A stretch of DNA of 64,000 nt from a bacterium (GTDB taxonomy: Bacteria; SM23-31): contig JANQEH010000194.1 in the NCBI GenBank assembly GCA_028278455.1, positions 1,059 through 65,058 of the forward strand, read 5' to 3'. The position numbers were made by a program, and so were the translations under genes. The notes under the pieces were generated by a model that was not told the DNA's origin, searched no databases, and saw only the letters and a list, made by a program, of their open reading frames with translations. Position 1 is the stretch's first letter. The number at the start of each line of letters is the position of its first letter. Of this stretch, positions 19,702 to 30,800 are shown in pieces.

Positions 19702-20466
19702 CTACCTTCTATATTGTAAATTGATAACCGGAATTATCTCCATGGTCCTGTAATATGGCTGAAAACCTATATTGCCTTTGATTTTTGAGCTTTTAAGTTT
19801 TGCGCTGATTGCCGCCTCTGCCGCACTGACAACACGGTTCACGAGCAGTAAATTCGCAAGCAGCTCAGCTCTTTTATAATTCTTGTTACTGTCATCCTGT
19901 CGCATCATATAAAACAATCTCATCTGGGATTCCCAGGGATCACCGGCTGTATCGGGCCATCCTGCGAGAAATTGATTGTATTTCCCGATCATCTCGTAAT
20001 ACTGCTGGTTCTTTGCCCCGGGTAAAGTATGGGAAAAAGTCGATCCCGGGGGAAGGTTGTCCTTCCATTCCCTATATGCAGCCTCGTTCCAGTGTGTATC
20101 CGCATATTCCCGGAATTCATTCTCGATCTTTTCGCCTTCATTATTGTAGCTGTTCCAGCCTATGATCATAAGGATTTCGGCGCTAATAAAACCCAGGGCC
20201 TTATACTTATGACCAAGGTAAAGCTGTCCCGCACCGGGCAGTAACGCTGAAAGAGCAACAGCTTTCAAGATAGATTTATTCTTCCCGGAACCGGAAGGCT
20301 GGAAATCATATCCGAAATCTGTTGTGGGAGAGTCATCCCATTTTTTTTCTGCCAATGCTTTCAAATAATCCTCGGACGGTCGTTCTAGCGGGGATCCTGA
20401 CTGGGCAAAAAGGCAGGTCACAGTAAATAATAGCATTAATAGTATTTTTACAGATAATTTTATCAT
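19702..20466 (-). CDS. DUF5683-like secreted/membrane protein (paralog 2)
   Basis: SALLPGAGQLYLGHKY motif and C-terminal NRVVSAAEAAISAK. I moved the start to Met19 of the track ORF (MIKLSVKILLMLLFTVTCLFAQS, a clean signal peptide), which removes the overlap with the upstream gene. Confidence 0.5.
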   Translation of the reverse strand: MIKLSVKILLMLLFTVTCLFAQSGSPLERPSEDYLKALAEKKWDDSPTTDFGYDFQPSGSGKNKSILKAVALSALLPGAGQLYLGHKYKALGFISAEILMIIGWNSYNNEGEKIENEFREYADTHWNEAAYREWKDNLPPGSTFSHTLPGAKNQQYYEMIGKYNQFLAGWPDTAGDPWESQMRLFYMMRQDDSNKNYKRAELLANLLLVNRVVSAAEAAISAKLKSSKIKGNIGFQPYYRTMEIIPVINLQYRR

Positions 20467-20477
20467 ATTTAACACTC

Positions 20478-23426
20478 TTAGAAATCGTAACCGAATAATA
20501 TTGTCAGAAAATATTTCCATGTTTTGCCCTCGAGCCGGTTGAAAGTCTCGAATTCATCGAATCCGTATGCCGCATTGAAGCCTACCTTCGTCGGATAAAT
20601 ATAGAACGAGAACATATCCAGCCTGATGCCCAGGTCAATACCTTTTTTCATGTCGTCATATGTGATTGAACCATCGTTCCACGCATTTCCTGCCTGGTAA
20701 CTCGCAGAAGCATACAGTTTATCGAAGTACCATGGGCCGAATTGTCTTCCTATTTCCTTTAAAACCGGAAACCGGTAAGTGATTGTTGTGTTCAGCTTCT
20801 TCCTGCCCTCTATACTGTAAAAGGAGTATGCCTTTATCCCGGTCAGTCCACCTGAAAAGAAATTAAGAAAATCATCCACAGGACGATCAATGAAACCACC
20901 CTCTATATGTAATGAAAGTGAACTCCTGTCCAAAAGGAACGGTGTGCCAATATATTCTTTATAATCGAATATAAGTTTATGATAGTCGTAGTTTTTATAT
21001 ATTTCATCTAATCCATAGTCCTTAATTATAAAATCTTCAAATATTTTATCATAATTAAGCCAATAATCTATAAATATCCTTCTTCCATATGAAGGATTGA
21101 TCTCCATATCCATTCTCGACACGACATTGTCATAACGCCAGTTTATATTGAAATTCAAACCCTTGTAATAATCATATCTTAACGGTCTTTCAACGTGACC
21201 GGGGATTTCAAGATCAATATTTGACCACTGTCTACCGTATACAGCTTTGACCTGGTATTCCTGTTCTTCTGTTATTTTCTGCCGTAATCCGAAATCAACT
21301 TCCCAGAAACCAAGGTCTATATTAAATGTCCTGTTCGGGAGCTCAAAGAAAGAGGTATGACGCGTCAGATTATAGAGTTCAAGGAAGATCGTCTGCCTGA
21401 ACTTCTTAAAATCGAATAGGGCGAACATGTCTCTGTCTTTCTGTTTGTTAATTGCGGCGCCTGCAAAGAAAGTGTACTTATCCAGAGCGTCTCCGCCGTA
21501 AGTATAAACACCCAGTTTAGGTTTACCGTAATCGAGCATGATCCTCGGCAGAAAGAAAATATTCAGGCTTTCGTATTCATAAGGTTTTATCTCGTATTCA
21601 GGGAAATTGACAATCCCGGTATCCTTATCGGACTTCCTGTTCCTGTATTGCTCTATAATTTCATCCTCTATCCCGGTATACCTGATGTTATCGATCAGAG
21701 CCAGTTTGTAACCTTCCAGCGTAAAAAGTGAATATATCAGCTGTCCCGTTGAATTGACCGCGGGCATAAATGCTCCCCCGAGCACGTTTGTAACAGCTTT
21801 GATCGATCCTGAATCAAGATCATATTCGTAGATATTGTAAATCCCTGTTCTATCGGAACTGTAATATATCTTTTTCCCATCGGGTGCAAATGACGGATTT
21901 CTTTCATCTTCAAGGCCGTCGAGCAGGTATTTAAACTCAGAACCGTCCGAATTCATTATTGCCAGATCCCTGCCGAACCGCGAGCCAACCGAGACAACGA
22001 TCCTGTTTCCGTCAGGTGAGACCGACGACATATAAAGTTCTTCGAAATTCGAAAAATCCGTAAGCTTTGTAAGTTCTTTTGATTCGATCCTGTATGAATA
22101 TAAATTCGATGTACCGTCTGTTCCCCTGACGAAAAATACAGTGGAGCCATCCGGTGAAAATGTGGGATATATCGCCCGCATAGACTCAGTGATGCATTCT
22201 TCATTGCGGGTATCCGGATCATACAGGTACAGATCGTAAAAATGCGAATGGTCTTTGTTTTTTCTGTGCTTAGAGTAAACTAATTTATTGATATTCTCAT
22301 TATATGCCGGATGTGAATCTACATTTATCATCAGTCTTTTCCGGCTGTTCTCATTGACATTCTGAATATACAGAGAAGTAGCCGAAATATAATCACTCCT
22401 GTCATTTGAAATATAAGCAACATTATCCGAATCGCCTATCCACACCGGGAAAATGTTTGAAGAGCCGCGTACATTAAACACCCTACCCTGTTCAGGATCC
22501 TGCCTGATTTTGTATGCCTGGGCATTATATTTATCCTCGAGTTCCCTTCTCCACCTGTTATACAGCTCCTTTGCGTCTATTCCCGTAGCTTTCTTAAGAG
22601 CCTTCTCGATCCTGATAGAGAACATACCGCCCATCAACCGGGTAATTCTCTCGAGTACATCATCACCGAATTCACGGGCAAGAAAAGATACGAAAGAAAA
22701 TCCCTGATTATAGACTGATTCATTCCCGATACTCGATTTTCCGAAGACTCCCATTTCCGTCATAGAATACAATTCATTATTCAGAGTACGCAGCCTTATG
22801 ATCATATCCCTGTGGGAATCCCAGCTCTCGAAACCCATTTTCATGGTCTCATACTGGGCTGTCCCCTCTGCATACCAGTTAGGCATCACGATCCCGGACA
22901 CAGGATATGAAATCACTCTCTTTGGGAATCCGTACAGCACATCCGGTCGTCTCTCATCCTCATAATCCATAACCTGCAGATATATCGAAGGGATCCTTCT
23001 CGGCATCTTCTTTGAAGCCTGGAGCTGGATCATATGGGTGAATTCATGAGTTATTACATTCCTCAGCCAACTGCTCGAACCACGCAGAATAAAATCCATT
23101 GGAGTTGCCCAGATTTCGATTTTGTTATCGTAAAAATAGGTTGCTCCGTTAGAATAATCATCATGATCCCGCACGATGAAATGGATCTTTGAATCCGGTT
23201 CATATTTATATACTTTCGTTATCGGATCATATATCTCTTCGGCGATCTCGGCGATCATCCGGGGAGTCCGGAATTCTCCATTGTGATAGTGGATTACGTA
23301 ATGTTCAGTTTCAATTGTCTCCCATTTGAGTTCGGGGTGATTATACTGCTCAAACTGAGCAAATGCCGCCGAGCTGACGACCGCAGACAGCAATACCGCA
23401 AATAATATTCTTACAGTGGTTTTCAT
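20478..23426 (-). CDS. outer-membrane chimera: HExxH metallopeptidase-like domain + TolB/PD40 beta-propeller + C-terminal beta-barrel
   Basis: 982 aa with a signal peptide. HEFTHMIQL zinc motif. PD40 repeats: PTFSPDGSTVFFVRG, VSPDGNRIVVS, PSFAPDGKKIYYSSDRTG. About 350 aa of alternating beta-strand sequence ends in ...TILFGYDF, with the terminal aromatic typical of outer-membrane proteins. Confidence 0.7.
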   Translation of the reverse strand: MKTTVRILFAVLLSAVVSSAAFAQFEQYNHPELKWETIETEHYVIHYHNGEFRTPRMIAEIAEEIYDPITKVYKYEPDSKIHFIVRDHDDYSNGATYFYDNKIEIWATPMDFILRGSSSWLRNVITHEFTHMIQLQASKKMPRRIPSIYLQVMDYEDERRPDVLYGFPKRVISYPVSGIVMPNWYAEGTAQYETMKMGFESWDSHRDMIIRLRTLNNELYSMTEMGVFGKSSIGNESVYNQGFSFVSFLAREFGDDVLERITRLMGGMFSIRIEKALKKATGIDAKELYNRWRRELEDKYNAQAYKIRQDPEQGRVFNVRGSSNIFPVWIGDSDNVAYISNDRSDYISATSLYIQNVNENSRKRLMINVDSHPAYNENINKLVYSKHRKNKDHSHFYDLYLYDPDTRNEECITESMRAIYPTFSPDGSTVFFVRGTDGTSNLYSYRIESKELTKLTDFSNFEELYMSSVSPDGNRIVVSVGSRFGRDLAIMNSDGSEFKYLLDGLEDERNPSFAPDGKKIYYSSDRTGIYNIYEYDLDSGSIKAVTNVLGGAFMPAVNSTGQLIYSLFTLEGYKLALIDNIRYTGIEDEIIEQYRNRKSDKDTGIVNFPEYEIKPYEYESLNIFFLPRIMLDYGKPKLGVYTYGGDALDKYTFFAGAAINKQKDRDMFALFDFKKFRQTIFLELYNLTRHTSFFELPNRTFNIDLGFWEVDFGLRQKITEEQEYQVKAVYGRQWSNIDLEIPGHVERPLRYDYYKGLNFNINWRYDNVVSRMDMEINPSYGRRIFIDYWLNYDKIFEDFIIKDYGLDEIYKNYDYHKLIFDYKEYIGTPFLLDRSSLSLHIEGGFIDRPVDDFLNFFSGGLTGIKAYSFYSIEGRKKLNTTITYRFPVLKEIGRQFGPWYFDKLYASASYQAGNAWNDGSITYDDMKKGIDLGIRLDMFSFYIYPTKVGFNAAYGFDEFETFNRLEGKTWKYFLTILFGYDF

Positions 23427-23434
23427 ATTCTCTT

Positions 23435-26400
23435 CTATTTTATAACTGCTATTTTTATGACTTTTCTGGAAGTTGTACTGCTATTCTTCGCAATTACCTC
23501 TGCGAGATAAACTCCGCTTTCTATGCCAGTCAGGTCCCAGGTAACTTCATTATCGGTTTCCGGTATACCCGGCCCCTCCAGTTCTGCTACAAGTTCGCCC
23601 ACCTGAGTAAAAATCTTAATTTTGATTTCTGCAGCCGATGTCAGGTAATACCTGATCTTTGTCCAGTTCTCGATATTGGGATTAGGCCAATTATAAACCT
23701 TTCCTGACGGCATCAATTGGTTTTCCTCAGCCGGATCTACTGGAAGCGCTATCCTAACAAGCTCCTCCTCATTATGCCTAAGATGTGCATTGTTTCTACC
23801 AAGTGTTCCCCAAGAAATAATTTTATCATTGTAGGTTGTTTCAAGGTCCCAGAGATACAGAAAACCATTTTCATCGAGTGCTGAAAGTTCCATGTTATCT
23901 GAATCCGCACTCCTCAGTATAGTCAGTGAGCCCTCTATCCTTCCGCCAGCAACGAGCGGAAAACCGTTCTTAATATTGCCGTCTTCGCCGATTGCAACTA
24001 CGTTTCCATCACTTGTCCCGAAAATAATGTCCTGCTTGTTGTCTCCGTCTATATCACCGAGAACAGGACTGGTTGTGACCGTTCCTTCTAAACCTTTTTC
24101 ATATAAATTAACTGGAAATTCTGTAATGATACTGCCATTCCTGTTAACTGCAAAAACTTTGTTTTCAGATACTATAATTATATCCCGGTATCCATCCCCG
24201 TTGATGTCTCCCAGAACAGGTTCATATTTTATGGATATATTCAGATTTACCTCTTCAGGTGAGCTCCCGTAAAGGTCATCAATTAGAAGTTTCCCTTCAT
24301 TATTTAACAGGATAAGTTCATTTGCTGTACCTGAGAATGCACTTAAAATCGGTGAAAACGGATTTGATATTTGATAACTTGAACCTGTACCGCTCTGGTT
24401 AATGATTTGATGTGAGTTTCCAATCGGATTTATGCCGATCGTAACAGCCTGCAGAGTAGATCCCGTTTGGAATTCACCTCCGGTAATACCAGTTACTCTG
24501 TTACTGCCAACGTTGAATACACTTTCCTGGAAACCGTTTCTGTCAAAAAATCTTATTCTTCCGTCTTCATGTCCTGTAACAAGCCATTGTGTTATCATTA
24601 AAGGCGCCGAAACCGGAGAACTTAGATTCCATGATGTTACAAGGTCTCCGTAATTATCGCTGTTATTATCCTCAAAACTATATAGATGAATTTTCTCCAT
24701 ATCAGTCGCGATAAACAGCTTATTATCCAGGGTTGTTGGTAGAATATTGTTTAACCTGACAGCCGGCTGAGTTACTATAGACTCACCGATATCAATAAAT
24801 AGCGGTATACCAAAAGTACTTGTGTCAGCCAGTAAATTGATGTAATCAGAAGTACTGCCGTTATTGAAGAGTGGCTGATTATGGCCATCCAGAGCAAATA
24901 CTTCTCCTACCCTGTTAGCAGCTATAATTTTAACCTCATCAACTGAACCTGAATTAATAAACATCGGGGCCATTTCTGAAAAAGATCCCCCAAGATATTT
25001 CGGGAAGCCTTCGAAATAATAGTTTCTGTTGACTGAAAAAGTCATGTTGTTACTGCTGGAGCTGATATCTGTAATATTGATATGGCTGTTTCCGCGGTAA
25101 TTACTCAGCGTGGAGGGTGCAGTTTCAGGGGTGAAAGATGTATTGTTACCGTCATAGAAAGCGTCCCACGGCAGTCCGTTTTCAGGAGTAAGTGTTCCAG
25201 GGATAATTCCGGGAAATACTTCTCCGATATCCTGTGAGCCGTCAGCTTCCTCCAGATCGACTCCCCTGTGGTATTTGTTCACGTTAACTTTATTTTCAAT
25301 CAGTCCACCGGCGATCACTCTTTCATCAATATGCCAGATCAGAATACCTGATCCGGGAATATCCGTGTCGTAATCGTCAACTTCAATTACTACACCCGAA
25401 GCGGCAATTGTAACATTGATTGAATCACCGTCGGAATCAGTTTGCCTGTTCTCAATCAGGTAATACTCCGTAGGCGAGATCGGGACTTTATATATTTTTG
25501 TTCCGGATATAGCATTTGGGGGTACAACCTGAAAATTTGAACCTTCAGTTATCTCCACCGGTATCTCCCATCCGAGGAAAACTTTACTCCAGGCGCATGG
25601 TTCTGCAGGGATTATCCCGTCAAAATTTGCGAAGCCAACTCCCATCAAACCCCATTTTCCTATTGCAGGCCTTCCGTTCTCAGTGTTAAAAAGTGAAGGC
25701 AGCCCCAGAACATGCCCGAACTGATGTGCAACTATCCCGTTCAGGCCTATCTCATAATCTCGTTTTGATTCAGTTTCCGGTACGAGAACCGCATTCGTTA
25801 CATATCCGGTACCGCCGTCAACAGAAATCCCCTCATAATCAGCCGCTCCGCCGCCGATTGTGTTCTTAAGATCAATAAGGTTCAGAAATACAGAGGGTAT
25901 ATCGTGCGGTGTCGGATCAAGCGCTTCCTCTTCGAGGGCATATTCACTGCCGACTCCGGCATGAAAAATTATCACCGCATCATAATCGGAAAATACAACT
26001 GCGGGATCATTATCCGCTATTTGAACCGCATCCTCGATCAGCTCAGCAAGCCTCTGATCAAGTTCAGCCTCAGTTGTATTCGGATTATAATACTCCATCA
26101 TGTTCGGCAATGTGTAAGAAGACCTTTCTCCATCCGGGAAAAGCGAATATGTCAGGCCGAGTTTTCCACCGGATACCCGGGCATAATACTTTTTTAAAGC
26201 CTCTAAATGATCGGTAAAATACTGCCTGTCATGAGGAGGAGGATCGACAATAGCATCCGAAGTATCAGAATAGTCAAACTTCCCGTTACCAGTGGTCAGG
26301 ATATTTTCATCTTCCTGGAAGTCTACTCTTATGGCAAGAATATTGTAAGAAGGTTTCGGCCTGGTCCTGTCGATGCTGTTTTGATTTAAGGAGGTTGAGA

Positions 26401-26497
26401 GGGAACTTTTTTTCAGCACCGGCCTGATCTTTGCTGTTTGAGAAAACAGGCTAACCGGCAGAAAGATCAGCAGCAATACAAAAACAAATTTCTTCAT
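23435..26497 (-). CDS. M6 (immune inhibitor A-like) metalloprotease-domain T9SS cargo with FG-GAP/VCBS-like repeats; active-site Glu replaced
   Basis: IVAHQFGHVLGLPSL...GKWGLMGVG is the M6-domain core. GDINGDGYRDIIIV and GDIDGDNKQDIIFG are FG-GAP-like repeats. The C-terminus, YNWPNPNIENWTKIRYYL...GVYLAEV...IKIAVIK, is a T9SS type-A sorting domain. Confidence 0.75.
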   Translation of the reverse strand: MKKFVFVLLLIFLPVSLFSQTAKIRPVLKKSSLSTSLNQNSIDRTRPKPSYNILAIRVDFQEDENILTTGNGKFDYSDTSDAIVDPPPHDRQYFTDHLEALKKYYARVSGGKLGLTYSLFPDGERSSYTLPNMMEYYNPNTTEAELDQRLAELIEDAVQIADNDPAVVFSDYDAVIIFHAGVGSEYALEEEALDPTPHDIPSVFLNLIDLKNTIGGGAADYEGISVDGGTGYVTNAVLVPETESKRDYEIGLNGIVAHQFGHVLGLPSLFNTENGRPAIGKWGLMGVGFANFDGIIPAEPCAWSKVFLGWEIPVEITEGSNFQVVPPNAISGTKIYKVPISPTEYYLIENRQTDSDGDSINVTIAASGVVIEVDDYDTDIPGSGILIWHIDERVIAGGLIENKVNVNKYHRGVDLEEADGSQDIGEVFPGIIPGTLTPENGLPWDAFYDGNNTSFTPETAPSTLSNYRGNSHINITDISSSSNNMTFSVNRNYYFEGFPKYLGGSFSEMAPMFINSGSVDEVKIIAANRVGEVFALDGHNQPLFNNGSTSDYINLLADTSTFGIPLFIDIGESIVTQPAVRLNNILPTTLDNKLFIATDMEKIHLYSFEDNNSDNYGDLVTSWNLSSPVSAPLMITQWLVTGHEDGRIRFFDRNGFQESVFNVGSNRVTGITGGEFQTGSTLQAVTIGINPIGNSHQIINQSGTGSSYQISNPFSPILSAFSGTANELILLNNEGKLLIDDLYGSSPEEVNLNISIKYEPVLGDINGDGYRDIIIVSENKVFAVNRNGSIITEFPVNLYEKGLEGTVTTSPVLGDIDGDNKQDIIFGTSDGNVVAIGEDGNIKNGFPLVAGGRIEGSLTILRSADSDNMELSALDENGFLYLWDLETTYNDKIISWGTLGRNNAHLRHNEEELVRIALPVDPAEENQLMPSGKVYNWPNPNIENWTKIRYYLTSAAEIKIKIFTQVGELVAELEGPGIPETDNEVTWDLTGIESGVYLAEVIAKNSSTTSRKVIKIAVIK

Positions 26498-26654
26498 TTC
26501 ATCCCTGAGCTTCTGTGTTAATATGGACTATTTCCTGCGTAATACGGTAAAAAACAATAACAGTTATATCTATAGACCGATTCCTTTAGAATTGCCGCTG
26601 CAGAATATCCCCGCTGATCCGGATATCCTGCAGCCGAAATTTCTATTTTCTACT

Positions 26655-27743
26655 TCAATTTGGATCCAGTATGAAGCTTAACGAGAACCGTATGGTATCC
26701 GCAAGCGGATGCTCGTCGTCCCCCGTCGTATAAATGTAGCTGAAATCAAACTGATACAGGCTGTATCTAATACCAGCCCCAAATGTGGCAAAACGTCTTT
26801 TCCCGATATCTTCATAAAAATAACCCGTTCTAAGCATGAACATATCGTTATATGTATATTCAGCGCCGCCGGCTACGTTCATTCTCTTAATTACTTCACC
26901 AAAACCACCGTCAGTCCATGCTGTAAAAATAGCTTTGTAGAACGGATCGGATGTAAAAGTTGTATCTGTCGCAGTTTCCACCCTGTTTACTCTTACGAGC
27001 TGTTTATTGACGTCAAATGTGAGATTCAGTTCATTATGTTCTCTCTCGAGAGCTTTATAAGCGAAACCGAGCTTCAGATTTGTCGGTATGGGATCTGCCT
27101 GTGCAGCGTCTACAAATGTTATCTTAGGGCCGAGATTCTGCAGGTTTACACCCATCGTCAGTTTTTTCAGCCAGCTCGGGGTCCACAAAAGGCCAAGGTC
27201 AACCGCTACTGATGATCCCGTGCCGTCTGTTTCCTGTGCACCGACGTTTACATCTGTCAGTTTCATATAAATGAATTTGAAGCTGGCACCTACAGAGAGG
27301 TTCTCCGATAATTCGGTACCGTACGATATTCCGAAAGCAAAGTTATAGCTATCGAAAGTCCCTATGGTGTTACCTTCCTCGTCAGTCCATGCCTGCTCTC
27401 CAAGGTTTAAAAAGATAAGATTTGCACCGAATGTTCCTATATCCTGAAAATGCTGTATATAACTTGCGAAATCATAATACATATCTCCAAGCTTGAACTG
27501 TGGAAGCCAGTTTGAATGCATTCCTGAAAACTCTTTGCCTCTGAGTTTTCCGAGTCCTGCCGGATTCCAGTAGGTCGCATAAGCATCATTCGCCAGAGCT
27601 ACACCTGTCTCACCCATTCCGCCTGCCCTGGCACCGGGTGCGATCATTAAAAATTCAGCCGTTGCTTCACTCTGTGCGAAAACATTTCCGCTCATCATTA
27701 AGAGTACGGCAAAAACTGCCAGTAATGACAAGTTCCTTCTCAT
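26655..27743 (-). CDS. porV: type IX secretion system outer-membrane protein PorV
   Basis: The N-terminus AEFLMIAPGARAGGMGETGVALANDAYATYWNPAGLG is the PorV/LptO signature. 362-aa beta-barrel, directly downstream of porU. Confidence 0.8.
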   Translation of the reverse strand: MRRNLSLLAVFAVLLMMSGNVFAQSEATAEFLMIAPGARAGGMGETGVALANDAYATYWNPAGLGKLRGKEFSGMHSNWLPQFKLGDMYYDFASYIQHFQDIGTFGANLIFLNLGEQAWTDEEGNTIGTFDSYNFAFGISYGTELSENLSVGASFKFIYMKLTDVNVGAQETDGTGSSVAVDLGLLWTPSWLKKLTMGVNLQNLGPKITFVDAAQADPIPTNLKLGFAYKALEREHNELNLTFDVNKQLVRVNRVETATDTTFTSDPFYKAIFTAWTDGGFGEVIKRMNVAGGAEYTYNDMFMLRTGYFYEDIGKRRFATFGAGIRYSLYQFDFSYIYTTGDDEHPLADTIRFSLSFILDPN

Positions 27744-27854
27744 GTTTGTTACCTCCTTAAAAAACAGTGGTTTATAGCGTTTTTTTCAATTTCAATTAAC
27801 TGATTATATTTTAACTTACACATAAGTTGCAATTTTTATTCCATTTATTATTAA

Positions 27855-30800
27855 TTATCTCATTATTACAAGTTTTCCAAGTTTTTCAATCTGCTGTCTT
27901 TCACCGTTTATATCTGTCTTAACGATCAGTTTATACAGATAAGTTCCATTTGCCACCAGATCGCCGTCCTGATCCCTGCCGTCCCAGACGTCCGATACAA
28001 AAAACGTGCTGTTTCCCGTATGCTGGTTATCGATGATCTTTATCAGTCTTCCTCTCAATGTGAAGATCTTGATTGTAATTTCAGCTCCTGTATTAATTTG
28101 ACAGGTAAACTGGGTTTCATCGTTAAAGGGATTAGGATAATTCATCACATTTTCAATTATCAGCCTGTCTTCTGACGAAACATATACAATCCCGCTGTAT
28201 TTGGAAGAGTTATTAAAACTGTCCCATGCTCTTACGGTAATATTATGGGGACCGGTAGTCATCCCGCTAAGGCTGTATCGTGCTTCACCTTCGGTATAAC
28301 TTCCCTCATAATATTCAAAATACCTGCTCAGATTTATCGTATTCGGATCATTATCGAAAGATAATTCGATCTTATGCCCGACTTCGCCTGTTGTATTTAT
28401 ACCTACAGGATCAGACAACTTCAGCTTAAATTCCGCATTTTCAGGTACCAGATCTCCCGAAACGAATTCTCTTTCATCAAAAAATATCTCGATCTCCGGC
28501 CCTGTTCCATCGGAAACACCCTCTGCAGTGCCTCCAACCGGAAGTTCATCCAGAAAAACCGAAGCATCACCATTCTCATCCCAGGCATAAAGGCTGATTC
28601 TTCCTTTCTTCCCACCGTATGTTATGTCCTTTGGAACAATAAAATCCATACTGAAACCGGGATTATTTCCGGAATTGAATCCGATCTTGCCTTTGAACAA
28701 TCCCGATCCGGGAAGCTTATAATAAACCGGCTGGTTATTTTCCATATAATGAACGGCATCCTTCTCCGAATCGAAAACTGACAGGTATACCTTCCCATCC
28801 AAAGAACTGTTTTCGTTCACACTTCCGGTTACACGCACTGTCGCAAGTGCCCTTAGAGAATCCGGTTCAACGGAAACGATATTGATCCTGTCTTGCGGCA
28901 GCCTCAGTTTCATTGCCGGATCCCCGAGGAGTATATATTTCTGACTGTTCAGTAGAGGCACAGAAATTTTAGCGAGCATAATTGCCTCTCCAAAGGAAAG
29001 AGTACTCCTGCTGGTTTCAAAAAAGTTGTTGTAGAATGCCCATGCAAGCTCAAAATTAGAGCTGGCAAACACATCCCTCGCAGATGAGATAAGGGCTATG
29101 GCTCCTTTATCCGGTTCAAAAAGCATCAGTTCTGCCATGCTGTCCTCATCAGGCATATCCCATCGTGCGAATGCGCATGAAGCAAGGTAAAAGAATAATG
29201 GTTTATTCTCATTATCCAATCTAGGCATATCTATCTCACGGTGGAGAAGCCATTCATGAGCAAGAAGCCTTTCATTGCCGTGTCCTATGTAATTGAGGAT
29301 CAAAGTCCCTTCATTTATCTGATCGACAAGATCATTCTGAGCTCCCGGCTTCCTGATGCTTGATGAGGTTACACTTCTTTCAGGTTGATACTCCATCAGG
29401 TAGATCTTTCTTTTTTCGAGATATTCCGGCATGTATTCTGCGTTTGCGATCTGCTCAGATTGTCTAGTATGTAGAGCTTCGAAATTCGATGTGGTCGTTA
29501 CTTCATCATCGGCTGTGAATGTTATAGTATTTCTCCAGGGCCCATATTCAGGATCGGTTTCATATTTTATTATTTTCTGAATCAGGTCTTCGGCCATAGA
29601 AGGCGACTGGGCCGGAAGCCTTCCAATAGCAACATCCAGATACTGATCGTTTCCGTTTACATATCCGTAAAAATCATCCGTCACTCTCGTTGTAAGATGG
29701 TATATGCTGTTGTACTGAAAAGCGGGTATCCACATCCGGGTTGAATTCTCTGAAGCAGAATGATAATCGAAATGTCCGTCACCTACCAGAAGAACATAAA
29801 GAGGCGGCTCGTTATCCTGACCCCTCCAGTTATCGAATGCATATTTAATGAAATCTCTTATTGCGGCAGGATCAACCAGTCCTCCGGAAAATTCATTGTA
29901 GATATTCTCTACAGTAATTACCTCAACATCAAGAGTGTCGCGGGATTCCCTGTGCTCCTCTAACGGCAGCACCTGATCATACATATCTTCTGCAGTAATT
30001 ATAATCATATCCGGAGACACCTGCCTTGTCCTCAGATCAGAATTCTCTTTCGCGGTAATAGAGGTGACCGGTTTGTACCGGCTTCTATCAACCGCGTAAA
30101 AAACCTGGTATTCATTTTTCAGGGTGTCGGAGAAAGTGAAACTGCCTGACTGCCCGGAAGAGTATTCTGCCGATTTTACATTCGAGTAGTCAGTAATATT
30201 GTAAATATCTATATTATTACTGGAGAATCCATTTATTGAGAAACTTTTAACAGTGCCATCACCGTCGACAAGAAATTTCAATGTATCACCTGAAGCTGTA
30301 AGATTTCTTGTATAGACAATTTCAAACCAATCGAGATAAATATTACCCATGGAGTTCGTGCTTGAATTAGAAATTTTCAAGGTAATTCCCTCTCCGGTAT
30401 TCTGAGTTCTGTTGAATCTGAAAAGACGCTCAGCTTCACCATAAAAATATGTATTAAGTTCAGAATTCCCGTTCACACTTGCATTGATCTGGTTTCTGAC
30501 TTCAGCATGAGATGCTGTCATTACCCTGAAATTCATGTTTGAGCCGGTTAAATAACCGGGAAGACTTACATCCGCCTGGAAAAAATCACCGGGAAGTAAT
30601 TCTTTCATATACCAGTTGCTTCCGGATTGATAGATATTCTCTTTTTCGTATTCGCAGTAAACAAGTGCTCTTCCCGTAGTTTCCGGTGATCCGGTGTTAC
30701 CTTCAACCGGTACACCAGCCATTCTTTTTCCCCTGTCACCACCGTAAGTAAACCAGTAATAATTTGTTTTTGAATAGAGATTGGCAGTATGTTTTATCTC

